Origin: Rhodothermales bacterium
GTDB taxonomy: Bacteria; Bacteroidota; Rhodothermia; Rhodothermales; JANQRZ01
DNA: 64,000 bases
Direction of reading: 5' to 3'
Assembly (NCBI GenBank): GCA_028284265.1
Contig: JANQRZ010000006.1
Coordinates: 327,472 to 391,471, forward strand
Numbering within the stretch: position 1 is the first letter of the stretch; the number at the start of each line of letters is the position of its first letter. Of the stretch, positions 54,924-64,000 are shown in pieces. Made by a program: the position numbers and the translations under genes. The notes beneath the pieces are model-generated. The model ran no database searches, was not told the origin of the DNA, and saw only the letters and a list, made by a program, of their open reading frames with translations.

Positions 54924-56534
54924 ATGAGCGATACCCCTCTTCCGCACGAGGACGTGCTCCGCACCGTCGGGGCCGTCGCCGACAAGCTCAAGCTCGAAAC
55001 CTACGCCGTCGGCGGGGCTGTCCGCGACGGATTTCTCGGACGCCCGACGACCGACCTCGACTTCGTCTCCATCGGCAACGGGAGCGGGATCAAGCTGGCG
55101 AAGGCCGTGGCGAAGAAGATGGGCGGGCGCACGGCGCACGTCTACGAGAACTTCGGCACCGCCGCGATCCGTCTGCCTGAGTCCGAAGGCAGTCTCGTCC
55201 TGGAGTTCGTGGGGGCGCGCAAGGAGAGCTACCGGGCCGACAGCCGCAAGCCGCTCATCGAGGACGGCACGCTGGAAGAAGACCAAGCCCGGCGCGACTT
55301 CACGATCAACGCCCTCGCCCTCGCCCTCAACAAAGAGCGCTTCGGCAACGTCCTCGATCCCTTCGGCGGCGTGATCGACCTCGTCGGCAAGAAGCTCCGC
55401 ACGCCGCTTGACCCGCACGTCACGTTCGAGGACGATCCGCTGCGGATGCTCCGCGCCGCCCGCTTCGCGGCGCAGCTTGGGTTCGACCTCGACATCGACG
55501 CCGAGCGGGCGATGCGCGACAAGGCCCCGCGCATCGAGATCGTCAGCGCCGAGCGGATCGCCGACGAGTTGAACAAAATCCTCCTCTCGTCCAAGCCGTC
55601 GGTCGGGTTCAAGATTCTCTACGAGGCCCGGCTGCTGGAGCATTTCCTCCCCGAGCTACCGGCGCTCGCGGGCGTCGAGACCGTCGGTGGGCAGAGCCAC
55701 AAGGACAACTTCTTCCACACCCTCGAAGTCGTCGACAACCTCGCTGAGGCCACCGCCGAGCGCGACGACGAGCGCGTGCTCTGGCTCCGGTGGGCGGCGC
55801 TCCTGCACGACCACGCCAAGCCTGAGACCAAGCGCTTCTCGAAAGAGAGCGGCTGGACCTTCCACGGCCACGAGGATCGGGGCGCGCGCAACATTCCCAA
55901 TCTCTTCCGCCGCCTCAAGCTCCCGCTCGACGAGCGGATGCAGGTCGTCCGCGACCTCGTCGCGCTCCACCACCGGCCCGTCGCGCTCGTCGATGACACC
56001 GTCACCGACTCGGCCGTGCGCCGCCTCCTCTTCGACGCGGGCGATCGGATCGACGACCTGATGCTGCTCGTCCGCGCCGACATCACGAGCAAAAACCCGA
56101 ACCGCGTCCGCCGCTACCTCAGCGCCTTCGACAAGGTAGAGCGGAAGTTCGCCGAGGTCGAAGAGAAGGACCGACTCCGCCACTTCGAGCCGCCGGTCGA
56201 CGGCAATGAGATCATGCAGACGCTCGGCGTGACCGAGGGCGTCGCGGTCGGGATTGTCAAGGAGTGGATTCGCGAGGCGATTCTCGAAGGCGACATCCCG
56301 AACGAGTACGACCCCGCCTTCGCCTACATGATGGCGAAGAAGGACGAGGCTCTGCGTCGTGCTGCTCTCTTCGATGAGGTCGTGCCCGCGCTCCCCGCCG
56401 AACTGCGTTCCGCCACCGGGGCGGTCAAGGAAGCCGTGTTCTGGGGCGATGTCCCCGCCGAGCATGGCCCCGCCGCTGCTTATCTGCGGCAGGTTGCGGC
56501 CGATACCCTCGCCGACACCACGCCGACAGGGTAG
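54924..56534 (+). CDS. CCA-adding enzyme / poly(A) polymerase-family nucleotidyltransferase with HD domain
   Basis: [21 protein letters not shown], the [10 protein letters not shown] motif, and an HD region (FHTLEV...LLHDHAKP). Confidence 0.85.
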   Translation: MSDTPLPHEDVLRTVGAVADKLKLETYAVGGAVRDGFLGRPTTDLDFVSIGNGSGIKLAKAVAKKMGGRTAHVYENFGTAAIRLPESEGSLVLEFVGARKESYRADSRKPLIEDGTLEEDQARRDFTINALALALNKERFGNVLDPFGGVIDLVGKKLRTPLDPHVTFEDDPLRMLRAARFAAQLGFDLDIDAERAMRDKAPRIEIVSAERIADELNKILLSSKPSVGFKILYEARLLEHFLPELPALAGVETVGGQSHKDNFFHTLEVVDNLAEATAERDDERVLWLRWAALLHDHAKPETKRFSKESGWTFHGHEDRGARNIPNLFRRLKLPLDERMQVVRDLVALHHRPVALVDDTVTDSAVRRLLFDAGDRIDDLMLLVRADITSKNPNRVRRYLSAFDKVERKFAEVEEKDRLRHFEPPVDGNEIMQTLGVTEGVAVGIVKEWIREAILEGDIPNEYDPAFAYMMAKKDEALRRAALFDEVVPALPAELRSATGAVKEAVFWGDVPAEHGPAAAYLRQVAADTLADTTPTG

Positions 56535-56634
56535 CGTAGGGCACCCATTTCGCCGACGTATCCCTCGCCTTGCGCGGCGCGGCATGGTAGCGGCACGGCC
56601 GCTCAGGTCTTTTTCTGCCTCACCCACACCTGTT

Positions 56635-59301
56635 ATGCTCTCCTCGCACGTCTACCGATTCGGAAACGGAACTGCCGCCGGAAGCGCTTCCATGAAGTCG
56701 CTCCTCGGTGGCAAGGGCGCGAACCTCGCCGAGATGAGTAGCATCGGCCTGCCCGTCCCGCCCGGTTTCACGATCTCTACCGCTGCCTGCCGCCATTTCA
56801 TCGAGCACGACGGTGCATGGCCGGACGGGATGGCGGACGAGGTCACAGGTGGTCTGCGCCATATCGAAGAGGCGATGGGCCGGACACTCGGCGATGCGGC
56901 GCGCCCGCTCCTCGTCTCAGTTCGTAGTGGTGCGGCGATCTCCATGCCGGGCATGATGGACACCGTCCTGAATCTCGGTCTCAACGATGAGGTGGTGGCG
57001 GGGCTGGCGGCGGAGACGGGCAACGAGCGCTTCGCCTATGACGCCTATCGTCGGTTCATCGACATGTTCGGCGATGTGGTCGTGGGCGTCCACCACGCGC
57101 ACTTCGAGGCCGCCATTGACGCGCTCAAGAAAGAGAAGGGCGTCGAGCATGATGTAAACCTCAGCGCCGATGACCTGAAGTGCCTCGTCGGGCGCTACAA
57201 GGCGGTCTACCGCGCACACACTGGTGAGAACTTCCCGACCGATCCGACCCAGCAACTCCGCCTCGCCATCGATGCCGTCTTCGCGTCGTGGAACAACGAG
57301 CGGGCGATTCGCTACCGGAAGATCAACCGGTTCGGCGGCGGTCTCCTAGGCACCGCCGTCACGGTGCAGGCGATGGTCTTCGGCAACACCGGCCCGACGA
57401 GCGGCACGGGCGTCTGCTTCACGCGCAACCCCTCGACCGGCGAACCGAAGCTCTACGGCGAGTTCCTTCCAAACGCACAGGGCGAGGACGTAGTCGCGGG
57501 TATCCGCACGCCCAAGCCGATTGCCGAGATGGAGGCTGCGTTTCCCGAGGCGTACCACCAACTCACCGAGGTCGCTGACCGGCTGGAGCGGCATTACGGC
57601 GACATGCAGGATATCGAGTTCACCGTGCAAGAGGGCACGCTCTATCTCCTCCAGACCCGGACCGGCAAGCGCACCGGGGCTGCCGCCGTCCGCATCGCCG
57701 TGGACCTCGTCGAAGACGGGCTGGCGACGAAGGAAGAGGTGATCCGCGACCGCGTCACACCAGGCCACCTCGACCAGCTTTTGCATCCCCGCTTCGCCGA
57801 CGATGCCGACTACAATGCCGACGTGATTGGGGTCGGGCTGCCCGCCTCGCCGGGGGCGGCGGTCGGGCGCGCTGTGTTCAGCGCAGAGGACGCCGAGGCG
57901 TGGAAGGCCGAGGGCAAGCCGACGATCCTCATCCGCATCGAGACCAGCCCCGAGGACGTGGGCGGGATGGACGCTGCCGAGGGCATCCTGACAGCGCGAG
58001 GCGGGATGACGAGCCACGCGGCGGTCGTCGCCCGAGGCTGGGGCAAGCCATGCGTCGCGGGGTGTGGGGCGATTCAGATCGACTACGGCACCAAATCGTT
58101 CTCGGCCAACGGCACGACGATCAAGGAGGGAGACTGGCTCTCGATCAATGGCACGACGGGTGAGGTCATTCAGGGCGAGCAGGCCTTGGTCGATCCCGAG
58201 ATGGGCGAGGCGTTTTCGACGATCCTCGACTGGGCCGATAGCTTTCGCACGATGCGCGTCCGCACGAACGCCGACACACCGGGCGACGCCGCGCAAGCGG
58301 TCGAGTTTGGGGCCGAGGGCATCGGGCTGTGCCGGACTGAGCATATGTTCTTCGACGCCGACCGCCTCACGACTGTCCGTCGGATGATCCTCGCTGGAGA
58401 CGACGCCGAACGCCGCGCCGCGCTCGACGACCTCCTCCCGCACCAGAGGCAGGACTTCAAAGGCATCTTCCGGGCGATGGACGGTCGCCCCGTCACCGTC
58501 CGTCTCCTCGATCCGCCGCTCCACGAGTTCCTCCCGCACGACGCCGAAGGTCAGCGGGCCCTTGCTGAGAACCTGGGCATATCGATACACGCCGTGCACG
58601 CCCGTGTCGCCGCGCTCGATGAGTTCAACCCGATGCTCGGGCACCGCGGCTGCCGCCTCGGGATCACCGTCCCCACCATCACCGAAATGCAGGCCCGTGC
58701 TATCCTCGAAGCCGCCGTCGAATTGGAGAAAGAGGGTGTCGAGGTGAAGCCTGAGATTATGGTGCCACTCGTCGGGACCGTCGCCGAGTTTGCCCATCAG
58801 CGCGCCCTGATCCGGGAGACCGCCGAGGACGTGTTCGAGGAGCAAGGCCGACGCATTGACTACTTGATCGGTACGATGATCGAGGTGCCGCGCGCCGCGC
58901 TCGTGGCGGGCGACATCGCTGAGACTGCCGACTTCTTCTCGTTCGGGACGAACGACCTCACGCAGATGACCTTCGGCTACAGCCGGGACGATGCGGGCAC
59001 TTTCCTCCCGTTCTACACCGAGCACGGTCTCCTCGCGGACGATCCCTTTCAGGTGCTCGACCGCGAGGGCGTGGGTCTCCTCGTGCAGACCGCGACGGCG
59101 CAGGGGCGGGCCGTGAAGCTGGACCTCAAAATCGGCATCTGTGGCGAGCACGGCGGCGAGCCAGAGTCGGTGGCGTTCTTCTACCAGACCGGGCTGGACT
59201 ATGTCTCGTGTTCGCCTTTCCGCGTTCCTATCGCGCGTCTCGCTGCCGCGCAGGCGCACCTACGCAGCAGCGAGAAAGCCGAGCCTGTGGAGATTGCCTA
59301 G
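56635..59301 (+). CDS. ppdK: Pyruvate, phosphate dikinase
   Basis: YRFGNG...[12 protein letters not shown], the phosphohistidine loop [13 protein letters not shown], and the PEP-utilising C-terminus (GLCRTEHMF, ...SCSP). ATG 56635 is used; the track's 5' extension is rejected. Confidence 0.95.
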   Translation: MLSSHVYRFGNGTAAGSASMKSLLGGKGANLAEMSSIGLPVPPGFTISTAACRHFIEHDGAWPDGMADEVTGGLRHIEEAMGRTLGDAARPLLVSVRSGAAISMPGMMDTVLNLGLNDEVVAGLAAETGNERFAYDAYRRFIDMFGDVVVGVHHAHFEAAIDALKKEKGVEHDVNLSADDLKCLVGRYKAVYRAHTGENFPTDPTQQLRLAIDAVFASWNNERAIRYRKINRFGGGLLGTAVTVQAMVFGNTGPTSGTGVCFTRNPSTGEPKLYGEFLPNAQGEDVVAGIRTPKPIAEMEAAFPEAYHQLTEVADRLERHYGDMQDIEFTVQEGTLYLLQTRTGKRTGAAAVRIAVDLVEDGLATKEEVIRDRVTPGHLDQLLHPRFADDADYNADVIGVGLPASPGAAVGRAVFSAEDAEAWKAEGKPTILIRIETSPEDVGGMDAAEGILTARGGMTSHAAVVARGWGKPCVAGCGAIQIDYGTKSFSANGTTIKEGDWLSINGTTGEVIQGEQALVDPEMGEAFSTILDWADSFRTMRVRTNADTPGDAAQAVEFGAEGIGLCRTEHMFFDADRLTTVRRMILAGDDAERRAALDDLLPHQRQDFKGIFRAMDGRPVTVRLLDPPLHEFLPHDAEGQRALAENLGISIHAVHARVAALDEFNPMLGHRGCRLGITVPTITEMQARAILEAAVELEKEGVEVKPEIMVPLVGTVAEFAHQRALIRETAEDVFEEQGRRIDYLIGTMIEVPRAALVAGDIAETADFFSFGTNDLTQMTFGYSRDDAGTFLPFYTEHGLLADDPFQVLDREGVGLLVQTATAQGRAVKLDLKIGICGEHGGEPESVAFFYQTGLDYVSCSPFRVPIARLAAAQAHLRSSEKAEPVEIA

Positions 59302-59990
59302 CGTGTTCGGGTGGCGATGAATGTGCGAGCCGCACCGCGTGCCGTCAGTCCATCCTCACCGAATACAAGGGTCGTGACTGGCGCACCGTCCGCATTGCGG
59401 ACGGCGAAGCGGTGGTCGCTGCCGCGCACGGGCTGGGCGGTGACATGTGGGAGGACACCGCGCGTGATGAGGGCAAGCCGCCCATCGCGCCATCGCAGCT
59501 TGAGCACCTCTTCGCCCTCGTCGAACTGGACCCGAACGAACGTGACCGCGAGGCCCCGAGCGTCTTGGGTCGTGCCTAGCATCTGCAGGAACGCGACAAC
59601 GCCTCGCTGATCCGTGATCGTGGTCAGCAGGCGGGTGAAGTCGCGGGTGCCGCGCTCGCGGCGATGCTCGGGGAGGGCAGCGGCAAGTTTGTCGGTGGAG
59701 CCGCTGAAGGCGTCGCGCAGCAGCGCCTCGGCGCGGACGTTGAACGTGCGGTTGGCCTCCACCGGAGCGAAGGCGTCGAGGGCGTCTTGGCCAGCGAGGG
59801 TCAGCACGAGGTTTTGGCCCGAGCGGGCGACGAAGAGGGTGGCATCGTCCGAGGTATAGGTTCCGATGAGGGTAGGGGCAGCCACGGTATCTGCGTGATC
59901 CGACTCCTCGGCAAATGCAAGGGTAGTCGAGGAGTCGGGTTGGGCGGAGAGGGCGATGGGGAGAAAGAGAGCGAGGGCGAGGGCGCGCAT
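59298..59990 (-). CDS. Secreted hypothetical protein
   Basis: ATG start, signal peptide [17 protein letters not shown], 230 aa. No family recognised. Preceded by a TGTCAC array. Confidence 0.5.
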   Translation of the reverse strand: MRALALALFLPIALSAQPDSSTTLAFAEESDHADTVAAPTLIGTYTSDDATLFVARSGQNLVLTLAGQDALDAFAPVEANRTFNVRAEALLRDAFSGSTDKLAAALPEHRRERGTRDFTRLLTTITDQRGVVAFLQMLGTTQDARGLAVTFVRVQFDEGEEVLKLRWRDGRLALITRGVLPHVTAQPVRGSDHRFAVRNADGAPVTTLVFGEDGLTARGAARTFIATRTR

Positions 59991-60046
59991 GACCGAAGCA
60001 GGTTGTGTGGGTGTCGGCCCTAGGCTACGGAGCTAGGCTCCCCCAC

Positions 60047-60115
60047 GTTGTCACCCGTCTGTTCCGACCTGTCACGGTCTCGTCCCAAGTTGTCACCGCT
60101 TGTCAGCACTGGCAC
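60047..60115. promoter_or_regulatory. Phased TGTCAC array A
   Basis: TGTCAC at 60049, 60070 and 60091, and TGTCAG at 60101. The spacings are 21, 21 and 10 bp. Confidence 0.4.
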
Positions 60116-60123
60116 CCCCAGCC

Positions 60124-61152
60124 TCAATCATCGAGTCCGAAGAAGGCGCGGAGCTGGTCCTGAATCCGCTTGAGCAGTCCATTGTCTGAGTTCCACTGGT
60201 CGAACGCCTCGACGGTCATCAGGCCGATAGGCCCTTCGTAGATGCCGCCTTCATAGAGTCCGTCGTAGACACGAACCGCGAGGTCATTCTTGCCACCGAG
60301 CAGGGAAGGTGGTACGCGGTAGGCGCGAAGCTCCCGCCACTCGTCGCCACGTATGTAGCGGTTCTCGATGCGTGGCGTCCCGCCGAGTCGCTCGCCGTTG
60401 AGATAGACTTCGTGGAGATCGTCCACTCGCCCTAGGACGAGAACGAGGTCATCATCGCGAAGACGGTTGGGCAAGGTGAACGAGCGATAGTACCACGCGA
60501 AGCCGCCGAGGGTTGGAAAGCCCTGCGGCTCCCATTTTGCCGGGACAGTTAGCATCGCCGGGGTGTCTCGCGGCGGCTCCGGCCCCCCATCGCCCGGCTG
60601 AAACGCCCACGTCCCCGACAGGTCGAGCGCGAGATCGGGTTCTTCATCGAGCGTGAAGAGGCCGACGGGGCCTTCGAGGATGCCACCTTCGGCGCCCCCA
60701 TCGTAGACGCGGACGGCGATGAAATTGGGGCCAGCCTTCAGAAACCCCGGCGGGATGCGGTAGGCGCGGTGGACATAGTATCCGGTCTCGTACTCCGATT
60801 CGGGAAACCGACCGCTGGAGCCGAGAAAGTGTCCGTTGACCCACACCTGATCGACATCGTCTACACGTCCGAGGTGGAGGTAGAGCGGGTCGCGGAGTAG
60901 GCGCTCGGTGAGGCGGACCGAGCGGCGGTACCACCCTATGCCATCGTAGCCCCAATAGCCTTCCTCTTCCCACGGACTGGGGACGAAGATAGGTTCCCAC
61001 GCCTCGTGGTCGTAGGCGGCGGAGGCATAGGCCGGATCGTCGCCGAGGCGGAAGTGCCACGGCCCGCGCAGGTCCACCACACGGGTCCAATGCCGCTCGT
61101 CGTCGGGGACGTCGGCGCTCGCTAGCGTACAGAGAAAAAGGAGGAGGAGCAT
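60124..61152 (-). CDS. Secreted protein with two galactose-binding-like jelly-roll repeats (GH2 sugar-binding / 7TMR-DISMED2-like)
   Basis: Two copies of W.....P..WE......G.GWYRRS..L......L.LGRVDD...V..NG..LG....AVRVYDG..EGGI.EGP.GL.T. Confidence 0.6.
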   Translation of the reverse strand: MLLLLFLCTLASADVPDDERHWTRVVDLRGPWHFRLGDDPAYASAAYDHEAWEPIFVPSPWEEEGYWGYDGIGWYRRSVRLTERLLRDPLYLHLGRVDDVDQVWVNGHFLGSSGRFPESEYETGYYVHRAYRIPPGFLKAGPNFIAVRVYDGGAEGGILEGPVGLFTLDEEPDLALDLSGTWAFQPGDGGPEPPRDTPAMLTVPAKWEPQGFPTLGGFAWYYRSFTLPNRLRDDDLVLVLGRVDDLHEVYLNGERLGGTPRIENRYIRGDEWRELRAYRVPPSLLGGKNDLAVRVYDGLYEGGIYEGPIGLMTVEAFDQWNSDNGLLKRIQDQLRAFFGLDD

Positions 61153-61199
61153 GAGAGATTCAACAGAGCCTGCTGAACGTACTCGCGAGCCGCGCCCGC

Positions 61200-61238
61200 G
61201 TTGTCACGCCGCCGTGCCGAGTTGTCACAAAGTGTCAC
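61200..61238. promoter_or_regulatory. Phased TGTCAC array B
   Basis: TGTCAC at 61202, 61223 and 61233 (spacings 21 and 10 bp). The last copy overlaps the response-regulator stop codon. Confidence 0.4.
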
Positions 61239-61936
61239 GGGATAAGCTTGTAGCCTACGCCGTGGACCGTGAGGAGGTGGCGCGGGTTCGACGGGTCCGG
61301 CTCCAGCTTCTGCCGGAGTTTGAGGACGAAGTTGTCGACGGTCCGCGTCGTCGGCTGGTCGTCGTAGCCCCACACGTTTTGGAGCAGGTCGTCACGACTG
61401 ACGACGGTGTGCGGGTGCTCGGCGAGGTAGCGGAGCACTTCCATTTCGAGATGGGTCATCGCCACCTCAGCCCCGTCGCGCACAGCGGTGTGCGTGCGGA
61501 AATCGACCGCGAGGCGCCCGATCTCGACCGTCCCACTCGGCGCGATGTCCTCAGTGGCAGGCTGGCGTCGGAGGACGGCCTTGATCCGGGCGAGGAGTTC
61601 GCGCAGGCCGAACGGCTTGACCACGTAGTCGTCCGCGCCGAGTTCGAGGCCGAGAACTTTGTCTAGCTCTTCGCCCTTGGCAGTGAGCATGATGATCGGG
61701 GCCGTGACCCCCTCGCGCCGGGCGATCTTGCACACGTCGAGTCCCGAACGACGCGGCATCATCACGTCGAGCAGGACGAGGTCGTAGGTCTCGCCGAGGA
61801 GCTTTTGCAGACCCTCTTCGCCATCCGAGGCGCAGTCCACGGTGTAACCCTCGAACTCAAGGTTGTCGCGCAGGCCGGTCTGCATCGCGGGTTCGTCCTC
61901 AACGACGAGGATGCGGGGGGTAGAGGTGTCGGTCAT
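61235..61936 (-). CDS. OmpR-family response regulator
   Basis: The receiver domain ([10 protein letters not shown]...[14 protein letters not shown]) is followed by a winged-helix output domain ([22 protein letters not shown]...VHGVGYKL). Confidence 0.9.
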   Translation of the reverse strand: MTDTSTPRILVVEDEPAMQTGLRDNLEFEGYTVDCASDGEEGLQKLLGETYDLVLLDVMMPRRSGLDVCKIARREGVTAPIIMLTAKGEELDKVLGLELGADDYVVKPFGLRELLARIKAVLRRQPATEDIAPSGTVEIGRLAVDFRTHTAVRDGAEVAMTHLEMEVLRYLAEHPHTVVSRDDLLQNVWGYDDQPTTRTVDNFVLKLRQKLEPDPSNPRHLLTVHGVGYKLIP

Positions 61937-61939
61937 CGG

Positions 61940-63598
61940 TCAGTCGGTGGCAAGCGGTTCGGTATGGGAGGCGGGCTGTCCGTTCGTCGCCGGGAGCGGC
62001 GGGGGAGCGGCAGGGAGCGTGAGCCGGAAGGTGCTGCCGCGTTTGGGTGTGCTCTCGACGGTGATGCGCCCGCCCTGTGCCTCGGCGAGGTGCTTGACGA
62101 GGGCTAGCCCCAGGCCGGTGCCCTTCGTGTTGTGGACGTTGCCTGTTGGCACCCGGTAGAACTCATCGAAGATGCGCTGCTGCTCGCGCAGCGGGATGCC
62201 CGGCCCCCGGTCGCGCACTTCGATCCACGTTTCGCCGTCCGCCGTGCCGGTGGCGACAGCGAGGTGCTTCTCGGCCTCGCTGTACTTCACTGCATTATCG
62301 ATGAGGTTGACGAGCGCCTCACTCGTCGCCTCCCGGTCGCCAAACGCGATAGGTGGCGGCTCGGCAAGGTCGGTCTCGACCGTGAACCCTGCGCTGTCGA
62401 GGTGGAAGCGGTACAGACTGATAGATTCTTGGGCAAGTTTGTTGAGGCCGAACGGAGCAGCGCTGACCTCCTTGCGCCCGGACCCGATGCGCGAGAAGTT
62501 GAGGATGTTGTTGACGAGACGGGTCAGGCGACCGGCCTCCTGCGCGATGGTGCGGACGTATTCCTGCCGTCGCGTCTCCGGTGCCCGTCCGAGGTCGAGC
62601 GTCTCGGCGTACATCCGAATCAGCGCGAGCGGGGTCCTGAGTTCGTGGCTCACGTTCTGCACGAAGACGGCCTTCGCCTCGGCCAACTCCACCTGTCGGC
62701 GGATCGTGCGGAACAGCACCAGCGCCCCGGCGGCGAGCGCGAGGGTGAGTAGGCCGACGAGGAGCAGGCTCCGCCGCTTCCGCGCCGCAACGATATCGCC
62801 GATGGTCGCTCCAGCAGGCCGGATGCGGAGCGTGTGGTTCGGGAAGACCCACAGCGACCGTTCTTGCACACCCGGCCCATTCAGCAGCTTCTCGGCGTCG
62901 ATAGGTTGGGCGGTGGGATCGCTGCCCGGCGAAGGAGCCGCGACGTATTGCACATCGTCCCCGATGGCGACCCCGACGACGAAATGCTCCTGTGCCGCCT
63001 CCCGCAGTTTCACCGTCAATTCCGTTTCGATGCAACGCGGGGCGTCGAGCACGAACCCGGCGAGGTGCGGCTCGGCTCCTTGGCTTGTGACAAAAGCAAG
63101 CGCGACGGTGGCATTGGGGCGGTCCTCGCGGAGCGGGATCGGGAGGAGGCGACGGTAGCCTGCGGCTTGGTCTGCGAGCAGTCGGTCCGCATCGACCGGG
63201 CGCAGGGTGAGGTCAGGCGGAGCGAGTGGTTGCGTTTCATCCGACGAGGCGAGGCCCAGCAGCGTCGCCATCGTGTCGGCTAGAAACGCAGCTTGGATGG
63301 ATGCGTGCGCTGCGACGAAGACGGCCAGCGCGGCATCGGGGTCCGCTGCGTCAGCGAGGCGGCGGTCGAGGTCGTCGGCCCACCCGTTCGACATCGTCCA
63401 GACGTGCTGGTTGATCGAGGTGAGGACCGTCTCGACGTGGCGGTTATAGACCTCGCGCAGCACGCGCTCGTTCTCGCTGAGAGCCTGCAACTCGGCCAGC
63501 GTCACCACGCCCACCGGCACGGCGGCGAACGCGAGGAGGAGCAGGGCGAGTTTGCGGAGTGGAGACACGGCAGGGCGGTCGGTAGAACATCGCAACAT
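61940..63598 (-). CDS. Sensor histidine kinase with ~250-aa periplasmic domain
   Basis: Two TM segments. H-box [14 protein letters not shown]-box DNAVKYS, G-boxes DRGPGIP and [10 protein letters not shown] 3-nt gap separates it from the regulator. Confidence 0.9.
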   Translation of the reverse strand: MLRCSTDRPAVSPLRKLALLLLAFAAVPVGVVTLAELQALSENERVLREVYNRHVETVLTSINQHVWTMSNGWADDLDRRLADAADPDAALAVFVAAHASIQAAFLADTMATLLGLASSDETQPLAPPDLTLRPVDADRLLADQAAGYRRLLPIPLREDRPNATVALAFVTSQGAEPHLAGFVLDAPRCIETELTVKLREAAQEHFVVGVAIGDDVQYVAAPSPGSDPTAQPIDAEKLLNGPGVQERSLWVFPNHTLRIRPAGATIGDIVAARKRRSLLLVGLLTLALAAGALVLFRTIRRQVELAEAKAVFVQNVSHELRTPLALIRMYAETLDLGRAPETRRQEYVRTIAQEAGRLTRLVNNILNFSRIGSGRKEVSAAPFGLNKLAQESISLYRFHLDSAGFTVETDLAEPPPIAFGDREATSEALVNLIDNAVKYSEAEKHLAVATGTADGETWIEVRDRGPGIPLREQQRIFDEFYRVPTGNVHNTKGTGLGLALVKHLAEAQGGRITVESTPKRGSTFRLTLPAAPPPLPATNGQPASHTEPLATD

Positions 63599-63620
63599 AG
63601 CATCACGCCCTGTTTGCTGC

Positions 63621-63646
63621 CGTCACGCGATGTCACGAGTTGTCAC
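63621..63646. promoter_or_regulatory. Phased (C/T)GTCAC array C
   Basis: CGTCAC at 63621, TGTCAC at 63631 and 63641, all 10 bp apart. The array lies 23-48 nt upstream of the kinase ATG. Confidence 0.4.
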
Positions 63647-64000
63647 TCGCCGCCGTAGACCTCGGTCTCGGGCTTGAAGGCGAGCCACGCGAAGGCGAAG
63701 TAATCGCCGTGCGGGAGGCGGGCGAGTTGGGTGCCTGCGAGCGTCCCGGCAGTGGCGCGCCCGGTGATGGTCCACCGGCTGCCGGTCTCGGCGTCCACGA
63801 ATCCATCGTCGGTCCACCGGAATGTCAGCGTCCGGTTGTCCACGCGCCGGTCGAAGATGCCCGTCGACCCCGCCTCCTTGGAGTCGGCGATCTCGGTGGC
63901 GTCGAGGGCCGACACCGCGCCGTCGGCATGGAAGACGACGAGTAGGATGCCGCCCGCCTCGTCGTTGACGACGTGCTGCTCGCGGGTGAGGCTGTAGGGG
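63643..64000 (-). CDS. DUF3179-like protein, C-terminal part (gene continues beyond the window)
   Basis: The frame stays open to the window edge. ...VVNDEAGGILLVVFHADGAVSALDATEIADSKEAGSTGIFDRRVDN...FAFAWLAFKPETEVY resembles DUF3179. Confidence 0.55.
   Translation of the reverse strand, partial: PYSLTREQHVVNDEAGGILLVVFHADGAVSALDATEIADSKEAGSTGIFDRRVDNRTLTFRWTDDGFVDAETGSRWTITGRATAGTLAGTQLARLPHGDYFAFAWLAFKPETEVYGGE

Noticed and set aside
56359-56634. The 92-aa 5' extension of the ppdK ORF, overlapping the CCA-enzyme gene.
   Set aside because: The conserved PPDK N-terminus ([12 protein letters not shown]...) starts at ATG 56635, and the extension is low-complexity.
57346-59259. A 637-aa ORF antisense to ppdK, and similar antisense ORFs at 55656-56627, 32281-33348, 34726-35865 and 696-1406.
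   Set aside because: The same reasoning applies. Each overlaps a strongly supported gene on the other strand and shows no motifs.

Overview
This is a 64-kb, densely coded, high-GC chromosomal segment (roughly 65-70 % by eye; nothing was computed). Several markers point to a Rhodothermia/Bacteroidota-type organism: a T9SS C-terminal sorting domain, a PorV/PorQ-like barrel, a TonB receptor next to a DUF4249-like lipoprotein, and the rpmB-rpmG-DUF4295 trio.

Most genes are housekeeping:
- Translation and RNA: frr 3' end, tRNA-Ser(GGA), yicC-gmk-rpoZ-coaBC, rpmB/rpmG, a CCA/poly(A) polymerase-family enzyme.
- Envelope and transport: a LolC/E permease, murJ, an Fe3+-type ABC transporter.
- Metabolism and repair: a glycerate kinase, nadE, ruvA, ilvE, a PhoD-like phosphatase, ppdK.
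- Regulation: two OmpR/histidine-kinase pairs and TetR, MarR and Lrp regulators.

The accessory or unusual content is:
1. A class II ribonucleotide reductase (nrdJ) split by a 361-aa intein at the N-x-C-x-E active-site cysteine.
2. Two visibly AT-richer single-gene islets: a Fic protein with an upstream TTGACAAAA repeat array, and an orphan AbiGi-like protein.
3. Six copies of a palindromic MITE/REP-like element with TGTCAT...ATGACA ends. One pair brackets a Cys-rich ORF, one sits inside the iron ABC operon, and one accompanies a GIY-YIG gene that appears to truncate a nucleotidyltransferase gene.
4. A 61-codon hyper-acidic D/F-rich ORF.
5. Helically phased TGTCAC arrays in front of three consecutive transcription units around one two-component system.
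6. A perfect 6x heptamer repeat abutting the LolC/E start codon.
7. An orphan phage-like AAA_24-type ATPase.

I did not find a coherent multi-gene system that I can confidently call novel. The items above are leads. All functional calls rest on motifs I recognised by reading the ORF translations, with no database search, and the many long antisense or alternative-frame ORFs are treated as high-GC artefacts.
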